From a virus (lineage: Duplodnaviria; Caudoviricetes), in IMG/VR virus record IMGVR_UViG_3300017766_004089, positions 1 to 35,131 of that record: a stretch of DNA of 35,131 nucleotides. One strand, written 5' to 3'. Shown here piece after piece: positions 1 to 7,145 of this stretch. Under the pieces are notes generated by a model, which saw only the letters and a program-made list of their open reading frames with translations, had not been told where the DNA came from and made no database searches. Every line of letters begins with the position of its first letter. Position 1 is the first letter of the stretch. The position numbers were made by a program, and so were the translations under genes.

Positions 1-867
1 GATAAAGATGATACTTTCGTCAAGTTTGGTAACTTTAATGATATTAAAAAAATTATTCAGTCCAATTTCTTTTATCCTACGTTTATTACGGGTCTTTCGG
101 GTAATGGTAAAACGCTCTCTGTGGAGCAAGCGTGTGCTCAACTTAAGCGTGAATTGATCCGTGTCAACATCACGATTGAAACTGATGAGGATGATCTGAT
201 CGGTGGTTTCCGTCTTGTGAATGGTGAAACTGCCTGGCATAATGGTCCTGTGATTGAGGCACTTGAGCGTGGTGCTATTCTGCTGCTTGACGAGATCGAC
301 CTCGCTAGCAACAAAATTCTGTGCCTACAATCCATCCTTGAAGGTAAAGGTATCTTCCTGAAAAAGATTGGTCGCTGGGTCAAACCCGCTGCTGGATTCA
401 ACGTTATTGCCACCGCAAACACCAAGGGCAAGGGTTCTGATGACGGTAGGTTCATTGGCACCAACGTGCTCAATGAGGCGTTCCTGGAGCGTTTCCCTGT
501 GACCTTTGAGCAGTCCTACCCTGCCCCTTCTGTGGAACAGAAGATCCTTGAGGGTATTGCTCTGGACCTTGGTGTGGAAGACCGTGACTTCTGTAAGCGT
601 TTGGTTGACTGGGCAGACATTATCCGCAAGACCTTCTATGATGGTGGTATTGAGGAAATTATCAGCACCCGCCGCTTGGTTCACGTTGTTCGTGCTTTCA
701 GTATCTTTGGTGATAAGGCAAAGGCAATCCAAGTTTGTGTGAATCGTTTTGATGACGAAACCAAGCAAGCATTCCTTGAACTTTATGATAAGGTGGATGC
801 TGATTTCAAAATGCCGTCACAACCTGAACTGACTGTAGAATATGTTGACGAGAAGCAAGCAAACTGA
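1..867 (+). CDS. cobS: CobS/MoxR-like AAA+ ATPase (5'-truncated by window edge)
   Basis: Frame is open from base 1 (DKDDTFVKFGNF...). Walker A GLSGNGKT at ~91-114 lies upstream of the ORF-track start. Walker B LLLDEID, ATANT sensor and FLERF Arg finger follow. Typical cyanophage cobS. Confidence 0.85.
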   Translation, partial: DKDDTFVKFGNFNDIKKIIQSNFFYPTFITGLSGNGKTLSVEQACAQLKRELIRVNITIETDEDDLIGGFRLVNGETAWHNGPVIEALERGAILLLDEIDLASNKILCLQSILEGKGIFLKKIGRWVKPAAGFNVIATANTKGKGSDDGRFIGTNVLNEAFLERFPVTFEQSYPAPSVEQKILEGIALDLGVEDRDFCKRLVDWADIIRKTFYDGGIEEIISTRRLVHVVRAFSIFGDKAKAIQVCVNRFDDETKQAFLELYDKVDADFKMPSQPELTVEYVDEKQAN

Positions 868-873
868 TAGAAT
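845..873 (+). promoter_or_regulatory. sigma70-type (early) promoter
   Basis: TTGACG-N17-TAGAAT. Confidence 0.65.
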
Positions 874-900
874 ATGGGAAGGTTGTTATGACTTCTTTTT

Positions 901-1350
901 ATGTTTGGACCTGAAGACGAAAGAAACCTTATGAATAATAAAAATGATACAGTGATTTCTGGAGCAACTGCATCCGATACAATTTACTTTGGTTCTCCTG
1001 ATTTTAGTATAATCGGAAATCCTTATTATACACCTGATACAATTTCAAATATGCCCGAAGACACAAACAAAAACGGTTTTTGGAAATACAATGAAGATAA
1101 AATTCTAAAGCAACTTGAGGAATATATTGCCAGTACTTATAGGCAGCATTATGTTGACCGAACTGGTGGTGGAAAAGAGCAAACTCTCGATAAAATCAAA
1201 CACAATCGTCGTGAAGGATTCTGTGCTGGAAATGTAACTAAGTACATTGATCGTTATGATACGAAAGGAACTCCCCGTGCAGATCTATTTAAAGTTCTTC
1301 ACTACACAATTCTTTTGATTAATCATCTGAATTTGATTGAAAACAAATGA
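901..1350 (+). CDS. conserved phage protein, DUF3310 / T7 gp1.7-like domain at C-terminus
   Basis: QHY...GFCAGNVTKYIDRYDTKG...DLFKVLHY resembles the DUF3310 motif. Start uncertain (901 or 931). Confidence 0.55.
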   Translation: MFGPEDERNLMNNKNDTVISGATASDTIYFGSPDFSIIGNPYYTPDTISNMPEDTNKNGFWKYNEDKILKQLEEYIASTYRQHYVDRTGGGKEQTLDKIKHNRREGFCAGNVTKYIDRYDTKGTPRADLFKVLHYTILLINHLNLIENK

Positions 1351-1367
1351 ACATTGAACTTAAAACT

Positions 1368-2033
1368 ATGAAACTTTCTGACAACACTCTGACTATTCTC
1401 AAGAACTTTGCTGGGATTAACAATTCCATTCTTGTGAAAGAAGGTAATCGTCTTCGCACTATTTCTGTTGCTAAAAACATTTTGGCAGAGGCTGAGATTA
1501 CTGAAGAATTCCCCCGTGAATTTGCCATTTATGATCTTAATCAGTTTTTGAATGGTCTTGGACTTCATCAGGATCCAGATCTTGATTTTACTGAGAATTC
1601 TCACATTACAATTCGTGAAGCAAAGCGTAGGGTTAAGTATTTTTATGCAGATCCAAACGTAATTATTTCTCCCCCAGATAAGGAAATTCAACTACCTTCT
1701 CAAGATGTTTGTTTCCAACTTGATAGTGTGACTCTAGAGAAACTTATCAAAGCTGCTGGAGTTTATCAACTCCCTGACCTTTCCGCTATTGGTGAGGCTG
1801 GTGTAATTAAATTAGTGGTACGTGATAAGAAGAATGATACTTCTAACGAATATGCCATCGTTGTTGGTGAGACTGATAAAGAATTCACATTCAATTTTAA
1901 GGTTGAAAACATCAAGATTATTCCTGGCGCCTATGATGTGGTTGTGTCAAAAAAACTACTGTCACAGTTCAAAAATTCCAAGTACAATCTCTGCTATTAT
2001 ATTGCTCTAGAACCAGACAGTACCTTTGAGTGA
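1368..2033 (+). CDS. gp45: DNA polymerase sliding clamp
   Basis: MKLSDNTLTILKNFAGINNSILVKEG N-terminus, FAIYDLNQFL, C-terminal YYIALE. ORF track starts at 1347 but 1368 fits the family start. Confidence 0.93.
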   Translation: MKLSDNTLTILKNFAGINNSILVKEGNRLRTISVAKNILAEAEITEEFPREFAIYDLNQFLNGLGLHQDPDLDFTENSHITIREAKRRVKYFYADPNVIISPPDKEIQLPSQDVCFQLDSVTLEKLIKAAGVYQLPDLSAIGEAGVIKLVVRDKKNDTSNEYAIVVGETDKEFTFNFKVENIKIIPGAYDVVVSKKLLSQFKNSKYNLCYYIALEPDSTFE

Positions 2034-2449
2034 TGGAATTTCTTCTTTATTTGACGCCTATTGGGCGTCAAATTGTTCAAAATGTAATTCGTGCTGGATA
2101 TCCAGTCCGCGAAAATATTGAATTTTGCAGAGACAAAAACAGATTTGGGTATGGTGACTATGACAAAATGGTGATCTGCACCAAAAATATCAAAGATGGT
2201 GGTTATGATCTTAAGCGATATGTGAATGAAACTGTATATCACGAAGCAGTTCATATGGCACATATGTGTAATGGATATAAACCATTTTATATTAATATGA
2301 AAGATATGCCTTTATCTTGGGAAAAACTTGAAGATGTTAAAAAGTCTATGCAAATGTCAACCGCTTCTAGGCAAATGGAACACGAAGCATTTTGGATGGA
2401 AGATAAACCAGATAAGGTAAATTATGTACTGAAAAAGTATTGTTTTTGA
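2030..2449 (+). CDS. hypothetical protein with HExxH zinc-metallopeptidase motif
   Basis: VYHEAVHMAH plus downstream EHEAF (third-ligand-like Glu); overlaps the gp45 stop. Confidence 0.6.
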   Translation: MMEFLLYLTPIGRQIVQNVIRAGYPVRENIEFCRDKNRFGYGDYDKMVICTKNIKDGGYDLKRYVNETVYHEAVHMAHMCNGYKPFYINMKDMPLSWEKLEDVKKSMQMSTASRQMEHEAFWMEDKPDKVNYVLKKYCF

Positions 2450-2450
2450 T

Positions 2451-2960
2451 ATGAACATTTTTGTAACAAGTGAATTTCCCGCAGAGAGTGCCATCTGCCT
2501 GCCTGACAAGCACGTTGTTAAGATGCCTCTAGAATGCTGCCAGATGCTCTCCATCGTGGCATCCAAGTGGTATCACAACTACGGTCCCCTTCTCAAGGCA
2601 GACAGCACTCCCTACAGTACGGAAAAGGGGGCGTTCCGCAACCATCCCTGTACCAAGTGGGCAGCAGAGAGTATTCATAATGCTTACTGGTTGATTAAAC
2701 ACGGTCTTAATCTGTGTGATGAATACACTCTTCGTTATGATAAAATTCATTCTTGTTACAAGACTCTCGTAGATGCCTTTTATTTGTTTCCCCGTGGTAA
2801 AATTGATAAGGTAGAAAACTTCGTTCGTGCTATGCCTGATGAGTATAAACTTGACACAAGCATTGACACTTTTACTGCTTACAAGATGTATATCGCATCC
2901 AAACCTTGGGTTGCATCTAATTATCTTCGTATGCCGCAACGCAAACCTGAATGGGTATGA
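2451..2960 (+). CDS. pyrimidine-dimer DNA glycosylase / DenV-like protein
   Basis: MNIFVT...LPDKHVVKMPLECCQML, NHPCTKWA, EYTLRYDKIH and RAMPDEYK motifs of this family. Confidence 0.75.
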   Translation: MNIFVTSEFPAESAICLPDKHVVKMPLECCQMLSIVASKWYHNYGPLLKADSTPYSTEKGAFRNHPCTKWAAESIHNAYWLIKHGLNLCDEYTLRYDKIHSCYKTLVDAFYLFPRGKIDKVENFVRAMPDEYKLDTSIDTFTAYKMYIASKPWVASNYLRMPQRKPEWV

Positions 2961-3091
2961 AATACCGAAAAGGTGACTTCTTCCTTGACAAGGATACATA
3001 CACTGTGTATATTTTTGATGGGAATGAATGGTGGGAAGTTGTCCCAGATTCTTATTTGAAAAAACTGATTGGACTTAATGATGACAAGTGA
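2957..3091 (+). CDS. small hypothetical protein (44 aa), not in ORF track
   Basis: ATGA overlap with upstream stop; MKYRKGDFFLDKDTYTVYIFDGNEWWEVVPDSYLKKLIGLNDDK; stop overlaps the gp44 start. Confidence 0.55.
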   Translation: MKYRKGDFFLDKDTYTVYIFDGNEWWEVVPDSYLKKLIGLNDDK

Positions 3092-4025
3092 ATTTCTTTA
3101 TGTTGAAAAGTACCGCCCTCAAGCGATTGAGGATTGTATTCTTCCTGATGATACTAAAAAAACGTTTAAGGAGTTTGTGGAGAAAGGTGAGATTCCTAAT
3201 CTTCTTCTCGCAGGACCTCCTGGCATTGGTAAAACCACAATTGCAAAAGCATTATGTAATGAACTAGGAGCAGATTATTATGTCATCAATGGATCCGACG
3301 AAGGACGTTTCCTGGATACTGTACGGAACCAAGCAAAGAACTTCGCTTCGACCGTCTCACTTACGGGATCTTCTAAACACAAAGTCATCATCATCGATGA
3401 GGCAGATAACACAGGAAACGACGTACAACTCCTACTACGGGCAAATATTGAGGCATTTTATAGCAACTGCCGATTCATTTTCACCTGTAACTACAAGAAC
3501 AAAATCATTGAACCCCTGCACTCCCGATGTGCCGTCATTGACTTCACAATCAAAGGGAAACAAAAGCAACAACTTGCAGGATCTTTCTTCAAAAGAGTCC
3601 TCCAAATCCTTGATGCGGAAAGGATTGAGTATGATGAAAAGGTCGTTGCAGAACTTGTTACAAAGCACTTCCCAGACTTCCGAAGGGTCCTCAACGAATG
3701 TCAAAGGTATTCTACGGGGGGTAAAATTGACTCGGGAATTCTTGCATCGTTCTCAGACGTCTCAGTAAATGAACTTATTAAAAACCTCAAAGATAAAAAC
3801 TTCCCAGAAGTCCGTAAGTGGGTGGTCTCCAACCTGGACAACGATGCTCCTGTTCTACTTCGCAGGATTTATGACTCCTTTTATGATTGCCTTTCACCCC
3901 AATCTATCCCTGCTGCCGTTCTTGTTATTGCTAAGTATCAATACCAGAGTGCGTTCGTGGCTGATCAGGAGATTAACCTTCTAGCAGCATTAACTGAAAT
4001 TATGTGTGAGTGTGAGTTCAAATGA
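3078..4025 (+). CDS. gp44: clamp loader large subunit
   Basis: EKYRP, Walker A GPPGIGKT, IIIDEAD, SRC motif, FPDFR. Confidence 0.95.
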   Translation: MMTSEFLYVEKYRPQAIEDCILPDDTKKTFKEFVEKGEIPNLLLAGPPGIGKTTIAKALCNELGADYYVINGSDEGRFLDTVRNQAKNFASTVSLTGSSKHKVIIIDEADNTGNDVQLLLRANIEAFYSNCRFIFTCNYKNKIIEPLHSRCAVIDFTIKGKQKQQLAGSFFKRVLQILDAERIEYDEKVVAELVTKHFPDFRRVLNECQRYSTGGKIDSGILASFSDVSVNELIKNLKDKNFPEVRKWVVSNLDNDAPVLLRRIYDSFYDCLSPQSIPAAVLVIAKYQYQSAFVADQEINLLAALTEIMCECEFK

Positions 4026-4240
4026 ACCCCTATAAAATTGATTATAAAACTTTAAAAGAGAATCCAATTAAAACGACTCCAGAAAATGTGAGAGAGGCAA
4101 ATGAAGGTCTCTTTCGTGCAAAAATGACTCTTCCTGCCGCAGCAAAACATTGTGGTATGACGCAGAAAGAAATGAAACTTACATTTTTTGAGTATTTGAA
4201 GTATCACAAACCTGATTATGACCAGTCAAAAATCTCTTAA
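4022..4240 (+). CDS. small conserved hypothetical (possible HTH)
   Basis: ATGA coupling to gp44; MTLPAAAKHCGMTQKEMK is HTH-like. Confidence 0.6.
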   Translation: MNPYKIDYKTLKENPIKTTPENVREANEGLFRAKMTLPAAAKHCGMTQKEMKLTFFEYLKYHKPDYDQSKIS

Positions 4241-5105
4241 GACGCCTTTGCGTTATCCTGGGGGCAAGTCCCGTGCTTGCACTAAAATGGGTGCTTACTT
4301 TCCAGATCTTCGTAACTATGATGAGTTTCGGGAACCATTTCTTGGTGGAGGAAGTGTAGCAATTCATATTACTAAAAAGTATCCCAACCTACATATATGG
4401 GTTAATGATTTATATGAACCTCTTGTAAATTTCTGGCAGCAACTCCAGATGTTTGGGGAGGATCTTAAAAATGAATTGGTTGATTGTAAACTTGCTTACA
4501 ATACCCCAGAATTGGCAAGAGAATTGTTCACAAAGTCAAAAGGACATATCAATGATGAGTCTGAAACGAACTTTAATCGTGCTGTTGCTTTCTATATTGT
4601 TAACAAATGTTCTTTTAGTGGTCTCACAGAAAGTTCATCTTTTTCAGAGCAAGCAAGTAACTCCAACTTCTCAATGCGAGGAATTCAAAAACTGCCAGAG
4701 TATTCCCAGTTAATTGCTAATTGGCGTATAACTAATTACTCCTATGACTATCTGATGGATGGAGATATGGGTGCTTTTATGTATCTCGATCCTCCTTATG
4801 ACATTAAGGATAATCTCTATGGGAATAGAGGATCAATGCACAAAGGATTTGATCACGATAAGTTTGCTGCTGATTGCAATTCCAATAATATGGATATGTT
4901 GGTAAGTTATAATACCGATCAACTTGTCAAAGATCGCTTCTTAGGTGGAAAATGGAACGCTGCTGAGTTTGATCTGACTTATACAATGCGTTCTGTTGGT
5001 GAATATATGCGTGAGCAAAAAAAACGTAAAGAACTCTTGCTTTTTAATTATGGAATTGAAGGACTGGTTAAACTCGATCAACCAAACAAAGAAGAATCTA
5101 ATTGA
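4218..5105 (+). CDS. dam: Dam-like (D12 class) DNA adenine methyltransferase
   Basis: LRYPGGKS, EPFLGGGSV (SAM-binding), WVND, YLDPPY catalytic motif. Confidence 0.9.
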   Translation: MTSQKSLKTPLRYPGGKSRACTKMGAYFPDLRNYDEFREPFLGGGSVAIHITKKYPNLHIWVNDLYEPLVNFWQQLQMFGEDLKNELVDCKLAYNTPELARELFTKSKGHINDESETNFNRAVAFYIVNKCSFSGLTESSSFSEQASNSNFSMRGIQKLPEYSQLIANWRITNYSYDYLMDGDMGAFMYLDPPYDIKDNLYGNRGSMHKGFDHDKFAADCNSNNMDMLVSYNTDQLVKDRFLGGKWNAAEFDLTYTMRSVGEYMREQKKRKELLLFNYGIEGLVKLDQPNKEESN

Positions 5106-5430
5106 TGAGGATCCATCATTAGAAAAGGAGTACGCTCCATATATTATTAATAGATGTTTTTCTGGACATATTGATTGTATTATGTTTGCGAATGAAATGA
5201 ATATTAACAATTTCCTTCCAAAGAAAATGCAATATGATTTTTTACTAAATAGTCTGAGGAAAAAGAAGAGATTTTCTCCCTGGCTCCGAAAAGATACGAT
5301 CAAAGATCTTGATTATGTCAAACGTTATTATGGTTATAGTAATGAGAAGGCAAAACAAGCTTTGAAAATTCTTACTAAAGAACAACTTAATTTTATTAAA
5401 TCGAAATTTGAAACTGGAGGAACAAAATGA
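5050..5430 (+). CDS. gp62: clamp loader small subunit
   Basis: MELKDWLNSIN...YAPYIINRCFS...KRYYGYSNEKA; synteny gp44-gp62-regA; start overlaps the dam 3' end. Confidence 0.88.
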   Translation: MELKDWLNSINQTKKNLIDEDPSLEKEYAPYIINRCFSGHIDCIMFANEMNINNFLPKKMQYDFLLNSLRKKKRFSPWLRKDTIKDLDYVKRYYGYSNEKAKQALKILTKEQLNFIKSKFETGGTK

Positions 5431-5867
5431 GTGTAGTTCAAGAACCTGAAGTGAAGTGGACGCCCGACCAAATGGTTGAAGTGATTCTCAATGAACCTGA
5501 TGATTTTCTTAAGGTTCGTGAGACTTTGACCCGTATTGGAGTTGCTTCAAGAAAGGAAAAGAAAATCTATCAGTCTTGTCATATTCTTCATAAGCAAGGT
5601 AGATATTATCTTGTTCATTTTAAAGAATTATTTGCACTGGATGGTAAGCACGCAAATCTTACCGTAAATGATGTACAGCGTCGAAATCGCATTGCTCAAT
5701 TGATTGCTGATTGGGGATTGGCTGAAATTGTAGATACGACTAAAATTCAAGATATTGCACCTTTGAATCAGATTAAAGTTCTTTCTTATAAGGATAAGGG
5801 AGATTGGGTATTGGAAACTAAGTACAATATTGGATCTAAGAAAAAAAGAGGTGAGGAAACCGAATAA
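5427..5867 (+). CDS. regA: translational repressor RegA
   Basis: DDFLKVRETLTRIGVAS, QSCHILHKQGRYYLVHFKELF. Confidence 0.95.
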   Translation: MSVVQEPEVKWTPDQMVEVILNEPDDFLKVRETLTRIGVASRKEKKIYQSCHILHKQGRYYLVHFKELFALDGKHANLTVNDVQRRNRIAQLIADWGLAEIVDTTKIQDIAPLNQIKVLSYKDKGDWVLETKYNIGSKKKRGEETE

Positions 5868-5870
5868 ATA
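5865..5870 (+). promoter_or_regulatory. T4-type late promoter core
   Basis: ATAAATA overlapping the regA stop; a second TAAATA at 5962-5967 lies ahead of hsp20. Confidence 0.5.
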
Positions 5871-5915
5871 AGTATGAGACCTTTCGTGCGGTCTCTACAA
5901 AAGTCGGAACACCCT

Positions 5916-5952
5916 AAAGAGAAGTACGGTTTTTACCTTGCTTCTCTTTTTG
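5916..5952 (+). terminator. probable intrinsic terminator
   Basis: AAAGAGAAG...CTTCTCTTT stem followed by T-rich tract. Confidence 0.5.
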
Positions 5953-6001
5953 TTTTGTGGTTAAATAATATTTGGATGCCATAAGGGTCCACAAAAACAA
6001 A

Positions 6002-6017
6002 CTCGCTTTTTAAGGAG
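6002..6017 (+). promoter_or_regulatory. ROSE-like RNA thermometer hairpin sequestering the hsp20 SD
   Basis: CTC-G-CTT/ttt/AAGGAG: UCGCU with bulged G pairing to AGGAG, 6 nt upstream of ATG 6024. Confidence 0.5.
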
Positions 6018-6023
6018 AAACAA

Positions 6024-6467
6024 ATGTTTAATACAACAGTCACAAAGTACTACACTTCAAATGGTCTTGAAAAACTAATTCAAGATATTGAGAAAAATTC
6101 AATTGGTATGGAAGAATGGTTCCATAGATTTGGAACTCTCCACGAATCTTCTACCAATTATCCACCTTATAATCTAATTAAAGAAAGTTCCACAGAGTTT
6201 ACCTTAGAAATTGCTCTTGCTGGATATAAGAAAGAAGATATTGAAGTTTCTACTGAATGGAATAAACTTCTTGTAGAGTGCAAAAAAGCACCAACTGATT
6301 ATGAATATATGCATAATGGAATTGCCCGTAGAGCATTTACAAGAACCTGGACTCTTTCCGATGATGTAGTTATTGGAGATGTTTCTTTTGCTGATGGATT
6401 GCTTACAGTTAAACTTAACAAAGTTATTCCAGATCATCAGAAGAAAAAGATTTATGATATTAAATAA
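6024..6467 (+). CDS. hsp20: small heat-shock protein (alpha-crystallin/Hsp20)
   Basis: NYPPYNL, LEIALAGY, HNGIARRAFTRTWTL, ADGLLTV; strong SD AAGGAG. Confidence 0.93.
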   Translation: MFNTTVTKYYTSNGLEKLIQDIEKNSIGMEEWFHRFGTLHESSTNYPPYNLIKESSTEFTLEIALAGYKKEDIEVSTEWNKLLVECKKAPTDYEYMHNGIARRAFTRTWTLSDDVVIGDVSFADGLLTVKLNKVIPDHQKKKIYDIK

Positions 6468-6498
6468 ATAGAAAAGAATATCGTCGGCGCTATGCCAC

Positions 6499-6540
6499 GG
6501 GAGGCAACTGGCAAAATCCAGTTGACGCCTCCCCTTTTTA
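6499..6540 (+). terminator. GC-rich hairpin plus T tract
   Basis: GGGAGG-CAACTGG/caaaat/CCAGTTG-acg-CCTCCC followed by CTTTTT. Confidence 0.6.
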
Positions 6541-6550
6541 TTGCTATAAT
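6522..6550 (+). promoter_or_regulatory. sigma70-type promoter embedded in terminator
   Basis: TTGACG-N17-TATAAT with TG extended -10. Confidence 0.7.
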
Positions 6551-6571
6551 CACTTTAGGGAATAGGAAAAA

Positions 6572-6883
6572 ATGAGCATTAAACTTGCGATACTAAAATC
6601 TGGCGAAACAATCATAGCAGATATAATGGAATTAGTTTCTGAGGAAAAACCCTGCGGGTATATTCTTAATAATCCTCAGTCTATTGCAATTAAAAGAGAA
6701 ACATTATTATTTGAAAGTCAAGAAGAATCGAATGTTAGTCGCGGTGAGATAAAGGTATCATTATCTCCTTGGATAATTCTTACAAACGAAACCCAAATAC
6801 ATATTCCACTGGATTATATTGTTACGATCGTAGATCCTGTTGAATCTGTAAAACAAATGTATGAGGAGAAAGTAAATGTCTAA
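6572..6883 (+). CDS. conserved cyanophage hypothetical (Sm-like beta fold likely)
   Basis: MSIKLAILKSGETIIADI...LSPW...IVTIVDP; SD AGGA. Confidence 0.65.
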   Translation: MSIKLAILKSGETIIADIMELVSEEKPCGYILNNPQSIAIKRETLLFESQEESNVSRGEIKVSLSPWIILTNETQIHIPLDYIVTIVDPVESVKQMYEEKVNV

Positions 6884-7145
6884 AGTAGTTAAGTGTGTGT
6901 TGATTAATGTCAATGTAGTTTTGATCGCTGAAGTTATTGAAATTGATGCCCAACTTGGAGATCCTAACTGCAAATTGATTAGTCCTTTCTTATTTACGAA
7001 AATTAATGATTCTAAAGATTTTTATCTAGAACCTTGGCCTGAGGTAACTTATCAAAAAGAAATTATGCTGAGATCTGAGGATATTTTAACCATAGCAGAT
7101 CCAACTCCAGAAATTGTAGAAAAATACCTTGAACTAACTGCCTGA
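6876..7145 (+). CDS. conserved hypothetical, apparent paralog of upstream gene
   Basis: VLIAEV...LEPW...ILTIADP pattern parallels 6572-6883. Confidence 0.65.
   Translation: MSKVVKCVLINVNVVLIAEVIEIDAQLGDPNCKLISPFLFTKINDSKDFYLEPWPEVTYQKEIMLRSEDILTIADPTPEIVEKYLELTA

Noticed and set aside
5050-5105. 56-nt dam/gp62 overlap as a frameshift fusion
   Set aside because: gp62 has its own ATG at the family-typical N-terminus. An ordinary overlap explains it.
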